Assembly (NCBI GenBank): GCA_016932735.1
Contig: JAFGCI010000001.1
Location: forward strand, 132,183 to 196,182
Source: Candidatus Aenigmatarchaeota archaeon
GTDB lineage: Archaea > Aenigmatarchaeota > Aenigmatarchaeia > QMZP01 > QMZT01
Length of the DNA: 64,000 nucleotides
Reading direction: 5' to 3'
The position numbers and the translations under genes were made by a program. Shown piece by piece: positions 46,124 through 55,123 of this stretch; the stretch's first letter is position 1; each line of letters starts with the position of its first letter. The notes beneath the pieces were generated by a model. That model saw nothing but the letters and a program-made list of their open reading frames with translations, searched no databases and was not told the DNA's origin.

Positions 46124-46522
46124 ATGAAGGCTATACCATCAAGTGTTACGCAATCTCTGACTACAAGGTCAGTCATCAGATGCGCTGACAACTCCGGAGC
46201 AAAATGGCTGGAAGTTATAGCCGTAAAAGGATTTCGTGGAAGAAGAAGGATGAAGCCGTCATGTGGCGTCGGTTCTTTTGTCTTCTGCAAAGTGAGAAGC
46301 GGAAACGAAAAAGTAAGGCATCAGGTACTGAAAGCCGTGATAATCAGGCAGACAAAGGAATACAGAAGAAGTGAAGGTTTAAGAATATCATTCGAGGATA
46401 ATGCTGCCGTAATCATTAGTGATAAAGGGGAAGCGACCGGATCTATAATAAAAGGGCCGGTTGCCAGGGAAGCGGTCCAGAGGTTCCCGACTATAGGCAA
46501 AATAGCAAGCATTGTAGTATAA
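46124..46522 (+). CDS. rpl14: 50S ribosomal protein uL14
   Basis: CADNSGAK, FEDNAAV, KGPVARE. Confidence 0.97.
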   Translation: MKAIPSSVTQSLTTRSVIRCADNSGAKWLEVIAVKGFRGRRRMKPSCGVGSFVFCKVRSGNEKVRHQVLKAVIIRQTKEYRRSEGLRISFEDNAAVIISDKGEATGSIIKGPVAREAVQRFPTIGKIASIVV

Positions 46523-46532
46523 TGGTGAAATA

Positions 46533-47108
46533 ATGAAAAAATCATGGTCAAATGAATGGGTTTCGAGCGTGCAGCCAAGGAAGCAGAGGAAGTATGTACA
46601 TAATGCACCGTTGCACGTAAAGCATAGATTGCTTTCGGTTCATCTTGCGCCCGTACTCAGGGAAAGATACGGAACGAGATCAGTAACTGTCAGAAAGGGA
46701 GACAAAGTTAAGGTTATGAGAGGATCCTCAAAGGGATTCAGCGGACCGGTGGAAAGGATATCCCTGAAAAAGATGGAAGTGTTCATAGAAGGTCTTAAGG
46801 CCAAGAAAGTCGACGGAACGGAAGTCCTCAAATCCTTAAAACCATCAAATATCATGATCACAGAACTTAATACTGACGACAAAACAAGACAGTCAAAACT
46901 GTTAGGAAAAGAAAAGACACCAGCAAAACCAAAAGGGGGAGCAGTGAAAAAAGCAGGTTCTGAAGCTAAAAAAGCAGAATCTTCTAAAGAAGAGAAACCT
47001 AAAGAATCCAAAGCTCCTGTTAAAAAGGAAGCGGCTGAAAAGAAGGTTGCATCTCCTAAAAAAAGCGTTGCCTCCAAGAAACCGGCTGAGACCAAGGTGA
47101 AGAAATGA
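46533..47108 (+). CDS. rpl24: 50S ribosomal protein uL24 with Lys/Ala/Glu-rich tail
   Basis: SVQPRKQRKY..NAPLH, VRKGDKVKVMRG. Confidence 0.96.
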   Translation: MKKSWSNEWVSSVQPRKQRKYVHNAPLHVKHRLLSVHLAPVLRERYGTRSVTVRKGDKVKVMRGSSKGFSGPVERISLKKMEVFIEGLKAKKVDGTEVLKSLKPSNIMITELNTDDKTRQSKLLGKEKTPAKPKGGAVKKAGSEAKKAESSKEEKPKESKAPVKKEAAEKKVASPKKSVASKKPAETKVKK

Positions 47109-47791
47109 GCGGATACCTGAAGAGATATGTAATGCCGGCTTTCTGGCCGGTGAACAGGAAAGGGAATAAATGGGTCTCAAGACCCAGAACGGGCCCGCAT
47201 AAGATAGAACAGTGCATATCATTGCAGATACTTGTCAGGGACTCTTTCAGCCTGACTGACAACGTACCGGAAACGAAGAAGCTGATAAAATCCGGAGCCA
47301 TATTGGTGGACAAAAGAAAAAGGACAGATATAAAATATCCTGTCGGTTTCATGGATGTTATTGAGATACCATCAGTCAAGAAATACTACAGAGTCATGCT
47401 TAGCAGCAAGGGACTTCATCCGGAAGAGATAAAGGAGACGGACAGCTCAAGAAAGCTGTGTATTGTCAAGGGGAAGAAGGCTATCAAAGGAGGCAAATTC
47501 CAGTTAAGTCTTCATGACGGAAGAAATGTTATTGTCCTTCCGAAGAATGATTATAAGGTTAATGATTCAGTCATCATATCACTGCCTGAACAGAAGATAG
47601 CAAAACACTTCAAGTTTGAAAAAGGAGCAGCATCATTCATAACTGCCGGAAAAAATATCGGCATCACTGGAACGATAGAGGAAATAAAGGAAAGGAAGAC
47701 GATGCTGGAAAAAGCAATGGTCACGATAAAAACGAAGGACAATAAAAGCCTTTTGGTTCCCAAAAAATATGTAATGGTCGGTGAAGTATGA
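47105..47791 (+). CDS. rps4e: 30S ribosomal protein eS4
   Basis: LKRYVMPAFW, GPH, YPVGFMDVI, LHDGRN. Confidence 0.96.
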   Translation: MSGYLKRYVMPAFWPVNRKGNKWVSRPRTGPHKIEQCISLQILVRDSFSLTDNVPETKKLIKSGAILVDKRKRTDIKYPVGFMDVIEIPSVKKYYRVMLSSKGLHPEEIKETDSSRKLCIVKGKKAIKGGKFQLSLHDGRNVIVLPKNDYKVNDSVIISLPEQKIAKHFKFEKGAASFITAGKNIGITGTIEEIKERKTMLEKAMVTIKTKDNKSLLVPKKYVMVGEV

Positions 47792-48312
47792 ATACAATGA
47801 GAGAAATCCGGATAGAGAAGGTAACAATTAATGTGGGAACAAAAGAAGATGCAGATGTCCTTAACAGGGCAGTGTTTATGATAAAAAAGATAACCGGAAA
47901 GGACGGCGTCATTACAACGACACATAAAAGGACGACATTCGGAGGCGCAAAGAACAGAAAAATTGGTTGCAAGATAACTCTTCGCGGAGACGAGGCTAAG
48001 GAATTCCTGCTCAATGCACTGAAGGCCGTTGATAACAGGATAAAACCGACACAGTTCGACCGTACAGGAAACTTTGCTTTCGGTGTGAAGGAGTACATAA
48101 ACATGCCGGGGATGAAATATGATCCCGACATAGGGATATTGGGATTTGATGTTATTGTCACACTTAAGAGGCCCGGATTCAGGGTGAAAAAAAGGAAGCT
48201 CAAAGCGGCAAAGGTAGGAAAGAAACACCTGATTCCGCCCGAGGAATCAATTGAATGGGCCAAGAAGGAGCTTAATATTAATGTTACTGAAGAAGTCGAG
48301 GAAAAATGGTGA
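47788..48312 (+). CDS. rpl5: 50S ribosomal protein uL5
   Basis: [42 protein letters not shown]. Confidence 0.97.
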   Translation: MNTMREIRIEKVTINVGTKEDADVLNRAVFMIKKITGKDGVITTTHKRTTFGGAKNRKIGCKITLRGDEAKEFLLNALKAVDNRIKPTQFDRTGNFAFGVKEYINMPGMKYDPDIGILGFDVIVTLKRPGFRVKKRKLKAAKVGKKHLIPPEESIEWAKKELNINVTEEVEEKW

Positions 48313-48316
48313 AATA

Positions 48317-48538
48317 ATGACGTTCAAGAACATGAAAAAGCAGGTCGAGAAGAAACCTGAAAAACTTGCAAGAGTCATGAAGTTCAATGCCTCTAAACAG
48401 AGGAATAGCGGACGCGGCATTCATCCATGCCGAATATGCGGAAAGACTGAAGGCGTTATCTCAAAATACGGGCTTGGATACTGCAGACAATGCTTCAGGG
48501 AGATAGCCCCAAAACTGGGATTCAAGAAATATGATTAA
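48317..48538 (+). CDS. rps14: 30S ribosomal protein uS14
   Basis: CRICG...KYGL..CRQCFRE.A..LGFKKY. Confidence 0.96.
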   Translation: MTFKNMKKQVEKKPEKLARVMKFNASKQRNSGRGIHPCRICGKTEGVISKYGLGYCRQCFREIAPKLGFKKYD

Positions 48539-48548
48539 GGTGTATTTG

Positions 48549-48935
48549 ATGAAACATGATTCACTGTCGGATATGTTCACAATATTAATGAACACAGAAA
48601 CTGTAGGTAAAATTTCATGCATAGTTCCGTCCTCAAAAGTCATAAAGGAGATTCTGAAGACGATGCAGAAGAAGGGATACATAGGCAACTTTGAGTTAAT
48701 AGATGACGGAAAGGGCGGCAAGTTTAGAGTCGAGATGGTAGGAAAAATAAACAAATGCGGTGTCATAAAACCCCGCCATGCGGTAGGTCTCAGAAGTTTC
48801 ATTAACTGGGAGAAAAGATATCTGCCTGCAATAGGTATGGGAGAGCTTTTCGTGAGTACACCCGGAGGCGTCATGAGCCACAGGGATGCGACAGAGCAAA
48901 AAAGCGGAGGAGTTCTCTTAGGTTATATTTATTGA
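48549..48935 (+). CDS. rps8: 30S ribosomal protein uS8
   Basis: GYIGNFE, INKCGVIKPR, EKRYLPA, VSTPGGVMSH. Confidence 0.97.
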   Translation: MKHDSLSDMFTILMNTETVGKISCIVPSSKVIKEILKTMQKKGYIGNFELIDDGKGGKFRVEMVGKINKCGVIKPRHAVGLRSFINWEKRYLPAIGMGELFVSTPGGVMSHRDATEQKSGGVLLGYIY

Positions 48936-48946
48936 ACGTGATGTTT

Positions 48947-49210
48947 ATGTCAACAAAAGAAGAAATAAAGAAAGCGCTTGAAGATGAGAAGGCTATAATG
49001 GGAACCAGACAGGTAACAAAAAATGCTAAAGCTTCATCGCTTTCAAAAATCATTTATGCAGACAATGCGCCCGAACTTACAACGGAAAGGATGAAATTCT
49101 ATTCCAAGTTATCCGGCGTTGAAGTCGTAATATTCAAAGGCAATTCGGTTGAATTGGGAAGACTCTGCGGAAAGCCTTTTGGTATAACGGTAATGGGAAT
49201 AAAAAAATAG
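48947..49210 (+). CDS. rpl30e: 50S ribosomal protein eL30
   Basis: IMGTRQV, IIYADNAP, GNSVELGRLCGKPF. Confidence 0.93.
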   Translation: MSTKEEIKKALEDEKAIMGTRQVTKNAKASSLSKIIYADNAPELTTERMKFYSKLSGVEVVIFKGNSVELGRLCGKPFGITVMGIKK

Positions 49211-49222
49211 AGGACATAACAA

Positions 49223-49624
49223 ATGGTTAAAATAGGCAACGAGGAAATACAAACACTGGCCGTATTTGAAAAAGCAACGGGAACATATGCCCGTGACTGT
49301 ATAAGAGACAACGGCTCTATATATTTCATTGTTGAAAACGGCAAGATGGGCACTGCAATAGGAAAAGGCGGTGTGAACGTTAAAAGAGTCAGGGAAATAC
49401 TCAATAAGGACATAAAAATATTCGAATATTCGTCCGACCCTCTCGAGATGACAAAAAAAATGATTCCTGCATCAAAAGGAGTTGAGCAGAACGGGCAGGA
49501 GATTGTCGTGACGCTGGATGCAAAGGACCGCTCGGCGGTAATAGGAAAAAACGGTAAGAATATCAAGATTATAAAAGAGATACTTGACAGACACTTCAAA
49601 ATCAAGAATCTCAGGTTAAAGTGA
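49223..49624 (+). CDS. nusA: NusA-like KH-domain transcription factor
   Basis: FEKATG...DC, AIGKGGVNVK, VIGKNGKNI. Confidence 0.93.
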   Translation: MVKIGNEEIQTLAVFEKATGTYARDCIRDNGSIYFIVENGKMGTAIGKGGVNVKRVREILNKDIKIFEYSSDPLEMTKKMIPASKGVEQNGQEIVVTLDAKDRSAVIGKNGKNIKIIKEILDRHFKIKNLRLK

Positions 49625-49676
49625 CATCGACAAGCTGTTTACAGGCGTTGTCAATGTATTGCACCGAAAGGGTGCA
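49624..49676 (+). promoter_or_regulatory. Two adjacent hairpins in the leader of rps12 (candidate r-protein leader)
   Basis: ACATcGACAA 49624-49633 / TTGTCaATGT 49648-49657. TGCACC 49660-49665, GAAA(G) loop, GGTGCA 49671-49676. Confidence 0.5.
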
Positions 49677-49702
49677 CATGGAACATGATAAATGGTGAAA
49701 AT

Positions 49703-50125
49703 ATGCCAGGAACATTCGCTGCAAGGACACTGAAGAAGAAGAGGAAGAGATTCAAGTGGAAATCGACAGTCTATAAAAGGAAATTCCTTAAACTGTGGAA
49801 AAAGGATCCGCTTGCCGGAGCACCTTTAGGCAGGGGAATAGTCCTGAAGAAGAAAGGAATAGAGCAGAAACAGCCTCACTCTGGTATAATCAAAGCCGTA
49901 AGGATACAGCTGATAAAGAACGGCATCCAGTGCACTGCAATGGTCCCGAGGACCGGTGCAATAAAATTCATTGACGAGCACGATGAAGTCACAGTTGACG
50001 GACTTGGAGGTTCGCAGGGCGGTGCAATCGGTTCGATGCACGGCGTAAAATACAAAGTAGTCGCAGTCAATGGAGCCTCTCTTGAGATGATAAGAAGAGG
50101 AAAGAAAGAGAAACCTAAGGGATAA
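49703..50125 (+). CDS. rps12: 30S ribosomal protein uS12
   Basis: DPLAGAPLGRGIVL, KQPHSGIIKAVRIQLIKNG, IDEHDEV. Confidence 0.97.
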   Translation: MPGTFAARTLKKKRKRFKWKSTVYKRKFLKLWKKDPLAGAPLGRGIVLKKKGIEQKQPHSGIIKAVRIQLIKNGIQCTAMVPRTGAIKFIDEHDEVTVDGLGGSQGGAIGSMHGVKYKVVAVNGASLEMIRRGKKEKPKG

Positions 50126-50127
50126 AG

Positions 50128-50730
50128 ATGACTAGCAATTTATTGATGATGAATAAGTGGGATATGTCCGAGATCAAAGTCGACGACAGAGGTTTAAAGG
50201 CATACCTCAACATCAAACCTGTGATAGTCCCGAAATCGAGCGGCAGAAATTCCACGCTTTCCCTGAGAAGACAGCATGTCAGCGTGGTTGAGAGATTTAT
50301 CAACAAGCTCATGGTCACAGGCCACAAAGGCAAGAAACACGAGATAACCTCGGATCATAATATAGGAAGATACTTATCTGTTTACAACGCAGTAAAAGAG
50401 GCATTCGAAATAATTGAAAGCAAGATAAAGAAGAACCCGGTTCAGGTTCTGGTAACAGCTATAGAGAATTCGGCCATGTACGAAGAAGTTGCTGCTTACA
50501 GGATGGGCGGAACAATAGCAAGGAAAGCAGTTATAGTCTCCCCCAGAAGAAGAATAGATATGGCATTGAGATTCATGTGCCAGGGAATATTCAGGCAGTC
50601 TTTCGGAAAAAAGACAAAGCTTGCCAATGTTATAGCCAATGAACTGATAGCCATTTACAACAACGATTCAAACACCATGGCTATAAGGGAAAGACAGAGG
50701 CTTGAAAGGGAAGCTGACGGCGCCAGATAA
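50128..50730 (+). CDS. rps7: 30S ribosomal protein uS7
   Basis: VVERFINKLM, NPVQVLVTAIENS, SPRRRIDMALR. Confidence 0.97.
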   Translation: MTSNLLMMNKWDMSEIKVDDRGLKAYLNIKPVIVPKSSGRNSTLSLRRQHVSVVERFINKLMVTGHKGKKHEITSDHNIGRYLSVYNAVKEAFEIIESKIKKNPVQVLVTAIENSAMYEEVAAYRMGGTIARKAVIVSPRRRIDMALRFMCQGIFRQSFGKKTKLANVIANELIAIYNNDSNTMAIRERQRLEREADGAR

Positions 50731-50769
50731 GCCCTTTTCATATTTTCAATTGACTTAGGTGATTTTTAG

Positions 50770-52983
50770 ATGGCAAAAAAAGGTGATTTGACACAGATAA
50801 TCAAGGTGTTAATGAGAAAACACGAGAACATAAGGAACATAGGCATTGTTGCCCATATCGACCACGGCAAGACCACGCTTTCTGACAACCTTCTTGCAGG
50901 CGCAGGAATGATTTCAGAAGAGCTTTCAGGAAAGCAGTGCGCAATGGATTTCGACGCGCAGGAACAGGAAAGAGGAATCACAATCTTTGCTGCAAACGTT
51001 TCAATGGTCCACGAGTACAAAGGAAACGATTTTCTTATCAATCTTATAGATACGCCGGGTCACGTCGATTTTGGCGGCGATGTAACACGTGCAATGAGGG
51101 CTGTTGACGGGGCTGTCATTCTGACAGACGCAGTAGAAGGCTGTATGCCCCAAACAGAAACCGTTGTCCGTCAGGCTCTGAAAGAAAGGGTCAGACCGAT
51201 TCTTTTTATCAACAAGGTTGATCGTTACATTAAGGAACTCAAGCTTACGCCGGAGCAGATGCAGCAGCAGTTCATGAAAATTATCGCTGAAGTAAATGCT
51301 CTTATAAGCAAATACGCTGAGCCTGAATACAAGACCAAATGGATGGTCAATGTAAATGACGGGTCTGTTGCATTCGGTTCTGCTTACAGGAACTGGGCAA
51401 TATCTGTTCCTTACATGAAGGAGAAGGGAATAAGCTTCAAGGACATAATAGAGATGACAAATGCCGGACCGGAATCTGAAAAAGAGCTTGCAAAGAAAGC
51501 TCCTCTTCACGAGATACTTCTTGATGCAGTCATCAAGCATCTTCCAAATCCTGATCAGGCACAGAAATACAGGGTCCCAAAGATATGGCCGGGAGACAAC
51601 GATTCGGAAGCGGGAAAGGACATGATAATGTGCAATCCTGATGGAAAGCTTGGTGCAGTCGTCACAAAACTTTATCCGGACCCGCATGCAGGTTATGTTG
51701 CAACGGTCAGGATTTTTTCAGGAAAAGTTAAGGTCGGAACAGAGGTCTATCTTGTCGGAACCCAGAAAAAGGTGAAAATCCAGCAGGTATCACTTTACAA
51801 AGGCCAGCAGAGAGTTCCAATGGAAGAAGTCAACGCGGGAAACATCGTAGGACTTGTCGGCCTGAAGGATGCAAGCAGCGGTGAGACGCTTTGCGACCCC
51901 GACGACATCATCGTTGGGTTTGAAAGCATTAAGCATATATTCGAGCCTGTTGTCACCAAGGCAATAGAGCCAAAGAAGCCACAGCAGCTTGCAAAACTCA
52001 TCGAATTTTTAAGGAGGGTAAGCAAGGAAGACCCGACACTTCAGATTGTAATCAACGAAGATACCGGAGAATATCTTGTATCCGGCCTTGGCGAGCTTCA
52101 GATAGACGCAAAGATTGAGAGACCGCTGAAGGAAGCGGAGATTGATGTATCCGTTTCACCGCCGATAGTAATTTTCAAGGAGTCTGTAAGCGGTTCGACC
52201 AAAGAGCCCATTGAAGGAAAATCACCCAACAAGCACAACAGGTTCTACTTCCTTGTAGAGCCTCTGGAAAAAGCGGTCTTTGATGCAATGGTCGCAGGAG
52301 AGCTCCCATCCGACTCTGAAATGAAAAAGAAGGATGTCGATTTCCAGGAAAAGCTTGTGAAGCTCGGCTTCGATCGGGACGAATCAAAGAAAGTCAAGCT
52401 CATCCATAACAGGAATATGCTCATTGATGCGACCTCAGGTGTCCAGGCAATCCTTGAAGTCATGGAAATGATTAAGGAATCATTTAAGGAAGCAATGGAC
52501 AACGGCCCTCTTGCAAGGGAGCCTTGCAGCGGAATAAAGGTCAAACTGGTCGATGCAAAGCTTCATGAAGATGCAATTCACAGAGGTCCGGCACAGGTAA
52601 TTCCTGCGGTTAGGTCGTCAATAAGATTGGGCATGGTAAATGCAAAGGCATACATTCTTGAGCCAAAGCAGATGATAAGAATAGACGTTCCGATTGACCA
52701 TGTCAGCGGCGCTTTGAAGGAAGTATCGAACAGAAGAGGCCAGGTAATCGACATGACTGACGAGCAGGGAGCAACTGTCATAAAGGCAAAGCTTCCTGTC
52801 GCGGAGATGTTCGGATTCAACTCTGCACTCAAGTCATCTACAGGAGGAATGGGATTCTTCTGGCTGATAGATGTCATATATGAGGCGCTTCCAAAAGAGC
52901 TTGAACTGAAATACGTTACACAAATCAAGCAGAGGAAGGGAATAACAGACCTCAAGAATGACGAGAGCGAAGAAGAGGCTTAA
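50770..52983 (+). CDS. fusA: Elongation factor aEF-2
   Basis: AHIDHGKTT, RGITI, DTPGHVDF, NKVD, diphthamide loop LHEDAIHRGPAQ intact. Confidence 0.99.
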   Translation: MAKKGDLTQIIKVLMRKHENIRNIGIVAHIDHGKTTLSDNLLAGAGMISEELSGKQCAMDFDAQEQERGITIFAANVSMVHEYKGNDFLINLIDTPGHVDFGGDVTRAMRAVDGAVILTDAVEGCMPQTETVVRQALKERVRPILFINKVDRYIKELKLTPEQMQQQFMKIIAEVNALISKYAEPEYKTKWMVNVNDGSVAFGSAYRNWAISVPYMKEKGISFKDIIEMTNAGPESEKELAKKAPLHEILLDAVIKHLPNPDQAQKYRVPKIWPGDNDSEAGKDMIMCNPDGKLGAVVTKLYPDPHAGYVATVRIFSGKVKVGTEVYLVGTQKKVKIQQVSLYKGQQRVPMEEVNAGNIVGLVGLKDASSGETLCDPDDIIVGFESIKHIFEPVVTKAIEPKKPQQLAKLIEFLRRVSKEDPTLQIVINEDTGEYLVSGLGELQIDAKIERPLKEAEIDVSVSPPIVIFKESVSGSTKEPIEGKSPNKHNRFYFLVEPLEKAVFDAMVAGELPSDSEMKKKDVDFQEKLVKLGFDRDESKKVKLIHNRNMLIDATSGVQAILEVMEMIKESFKEAMDNGPLAREPCSGIKVKLVDAKLHEDAIHRGPAQVIPAVRSSIRLGMVNAKAYILEPKQMIRIDVPIDHVSGALKEVSNRRGQVIDMTDEQGATVIKAKLPVAEMFGFNSALKSSTGGMGFFWLIDVIYEALPKELELKYVTQIKQRKGITDLKNDESEEEA

Positions 52984-52987
52984 AACC

Positions 52988-53012
52988 TCTTATTTTTCTT
53001 TTATTCTTATTC
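52988..53012 (+). terminator. Oligo-T archaeal terminator after aEF-2
   Basis: CTTATTTTTCTTTTATTCTTATTC immediately after the stop codon. Confidence 0.55.
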
Positions 53013-53033
53013 TATTAGTTAAAATAATCACAT

Positions 53034-53612
53034 ATGGATTTAGTTGAATTGTCAAAAGAATTAATGTTTAAATCTACGCAAAAGAATAAAGCACCATCAT
53101 GGCTTCTTACAGAATTAGTGATAAAAAAAGGTATTGAACTTTCAGAAAAATACTCTGTTAGAAAAGATCTGGTTCTGGCTTCTTTGTATTTGGCTCATAC
53201 GATTTTTGATCAGGTCTGGAAAGGCAAAGTCCAGAAAAATCACCCTAAACTAAGTTCTGATTTTGTTAAAATTTATCTTGATGAATGGAGAGTCGATTCT
53301 ACTGATAAAGATATAATAATAAATTCTATAGAAGCACATCACGATAAAGTACCGACAAAAACTAAAATAGCAGAAATTGTAAAGAATGCTGAGTGCTTCA
53401 AATTTGTGACCGTCGAAGGCTGTTTGATTTTTCTCCATGAACTGGGACTTAGAGGCACGTCATTTGAAGAATCTGTTGATAAAGTAATTCAGAAGATGGA
53501 ACAGAAAAGAAGCCTTTTGACACTTGATGATTGTAAGAAAGAAGCGGAAAATAACTGTAAAGAGATTGAGAAATTATTTAAAAATCTATTAAAGCCCGAA
53601 AAAACCCAATAA
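53034..53612 (+). CDS. HD-fold protein with degenerate HD motif
   Basis: LASLYLAH in place of LLHD, NHPKLS, IEAHH, VKNAEC. Confidence 0.6.
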   Translation: MDLVELSKELMFKSTQKNKAPSWLLTELVIKKGIELSEKYSVRKDLVLASLYLAHTIFDQVWKGKVQKNHPKLSSDFVKIYLDEWRVDSTDKDIIINSIEAHHDKVPTKTKIAEIVKNAECFKFVTVEGCLIFLHELGLRGTSFEESVDKVIQKMEQKRSLLTLDDCKKEAENNCKEIEKLFKNLLKPEKTQ

Positions 53613-54080
53613 CCACGGCCCCACAAAACTCCCTACATAAGCCGCGATAAAGAACTGGGCAGTCCTTCCGATTATTGACGCTATCAGGAATTTCTTTATG
53701 CCGAGTTCGCAAATCCCTGAAAACCATGTGAATACCTTGAAAGGAACAGGACTGAAAGCTGCAATGAGAACTGCCCATGCACCGTATTTTTCGTACCACT
53801 GCTCGACTTTCTTGATGTGTTTTTCCTTGAAGAGCTTTTCCGCAACAGGCCTTCCTATGCGGTCTCCGAGATAATAGCCAACCACGCCTCCGATAACAGA
53901 GCCGATTGTTGCGATGACTGCCACAATGAAAGGGTCAGCGCCGAGAGCGGTTACCGGTGCGACTATTGTTGCTGTCGGGACCGGGAATATGAATGATTCG
54001 AGGACTGCTATTACGAAGACGCCGCCGAAACCGTAAGCGGCTACAAACGCCTGCACAGCAAGTATAAACCCTTCAAACAT
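53589..54080 (-). CDS. DedA/YqaA (VTT) membrane protein
   Basis: LESFIFPVP, GSVIGGVVGYYLG, FSPVPFKVFT, GR. Start placed at MFEGF; the longer ORF overlaps the next gene. Confidence 0.9.
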   Translation of the reverse strand: MFEGFILAVQAFVAAYGFGGVFVIAVLESFIFPVPTATIVAPVTALGADPFIVAVIATIGSVIGGVVGYYLGDRIGRPVAEKLFKEKHIKKVEQWYEKYGAWAVLIAAFSPVPFKVFTWFSGICELGIKKFLIASIIGRTAQFFIAAYVGSFVGPWLLGFFGL

Positions 54081-54167
54081 AAGAATAATATTGCTACACC
54101 CGATTAATAACGTTATGAAGATGTGGAACACTGATAGTTTATAATCTTTTTTAACATCAATAATTCC

Positions 54168-54644
54168 ATGAGAACTGCTCCTTACGTTGACAGGGTTAAG
54201 CTCATAGAGACTGGTGGTTTTTTCGAGCCCTTCTTCAGGTATATCTCGAAAGAAGCTCAGGATTTCAAAGGTGTCATCGCAAGATGCTCTTCTGAAAGGC
54301 TTATGGAAGCTCTTGAAAGTTCCGGAACTGAACATTCGCCTGCAATAGAATCCGGTAACGGCAATTTCCACTTACGTATTTTTGGAGGTAAAGGATTGCC
54401 GGAAGATTCCGTTTATCAGCAGGTGGAAGGCTATCTGCATTCAAGTGATTTGATGGATTCGAGGGGCAGTATGCCGGAAGATTTCTTTGGAAAAAGCGTC
54501 ATACATATAATAGACCCCAGAATTGCAAGAGACCTTCCGAGAGAGCACATAGGAAATTATCAGAAAGGAGTTTCCGAATGCTGCAGATACAACGGCTTCA
54601 GGGATCCGTACTATCTTGTGACATTCTCTCATTCTTCTATCTAG
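54168..54644 (+). CDS. Hypothetical protein
   Basis: 158-aa ORF, TTTATAA about 30 nt upstream. Confidence 0.55.
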   Translation: MRTAPYVDRVKLIETGGFFEPFFRYISKEAQDFKGVIARCSSERLMEALESSGTEHSPAIESGNGNFHLRIFGGKGLPEDSVYQQVEGYLHSSDLMDSRGSMPEDFFGKSVIHIIDPRIARDLPREHIGNYQKGVSECCRYNGFRDPYYLVTFSHSSI

Positions 54645-54666
54645 GCGCTGTGCCATCTGCAAACGA

Positions 54667-54866
54667 TTATAAATGTTGTTCTGCAATTATGCTATATGCA
54701 AGAAAGCCAATGCAACTTGAGCCCGAGAAGCCCGTGCCCAAGACCTAGCTCCTGCTAGATTCATTGGCCCTTTGCTCACCTTTTCTGTATAGATTTTCCT
54801 GAGTGAGGTAATCTATTTTGTCCGGAATGTATGCGGGTGAGCTGAAGCTATAATGGAGGAAACGAA
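54667..54866 (+). promoter_or_regulatory. Leader unit copy 1: TATA, uORF, structured RNA, GGAGG SD
   Basis: TTATAAATGTT 54667. Stems GCCAATG 54706-54712 / CATTGGC 54762-54768, GCTCACC 54774-54780 / GGTGAGC 54836-54842, ATAGATT 54789-54795 / AATCTAT 54810-54816. AAGCTATA 54845, GGAGG 54855. Confidence 0.75.
54696..54758 (+). CDS. Putative leader peptide MQESQCNLSPRSPCPRPSSC
   Basis: ATG 29 nt from the start of the TATA box (leaderless position). Positionally matches the uORF of copy 2 (Q5, N7, S9, terminal SC-stop). Confidence 0.5.
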   Translation: MQESQCNLSPRSPCPRPSSC

Positions 54867-55121
54867 ATGGGAAAACAACATAAAATGATGTTGCTAATGG
54901 AAGACGGAAGCGGCATCAGAGCTGAATATCATCCGGCCACGAGGCTTTACATCTCAACCGATACCGGCGAAGGATTATTTTTTTCCGGGAAGAAAAACGG
55001 TTATACAACTCCATTTGAAATTTCTAAACAGCCGGAAAGATACAAATATGTTGTCATGTCATCCCGCGGAACCGTTCGCTCAATAAGCAATTCAAGAATA
55101 AAACACGTTTACATTAATTAG
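54867..55121 (+). CDS. Small hypothetical protein, paralog of 55321..55644
   Basis: GGAGG SD. Shares M.[LI].[LM]EDG[ST].I..E and GTV[RK]xxxxSRI with the downstream ORF. Confidence 0.75.
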   Translation: MGKQHKMMLLMEDGSGIRAEYHPATRLYISTDTGEGLFFSGKKNGYTTPFEISKQPERYKYVVMSSRGTVRSISNSRIKHVYIN

Positions 55122-55123
55122 TT

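Noticed and set aside
52560-52600. Possible loss of the diphthamide site in EF-2, as in some reduced archaea
   Set aside because: The HEDAIHRG motif is intact
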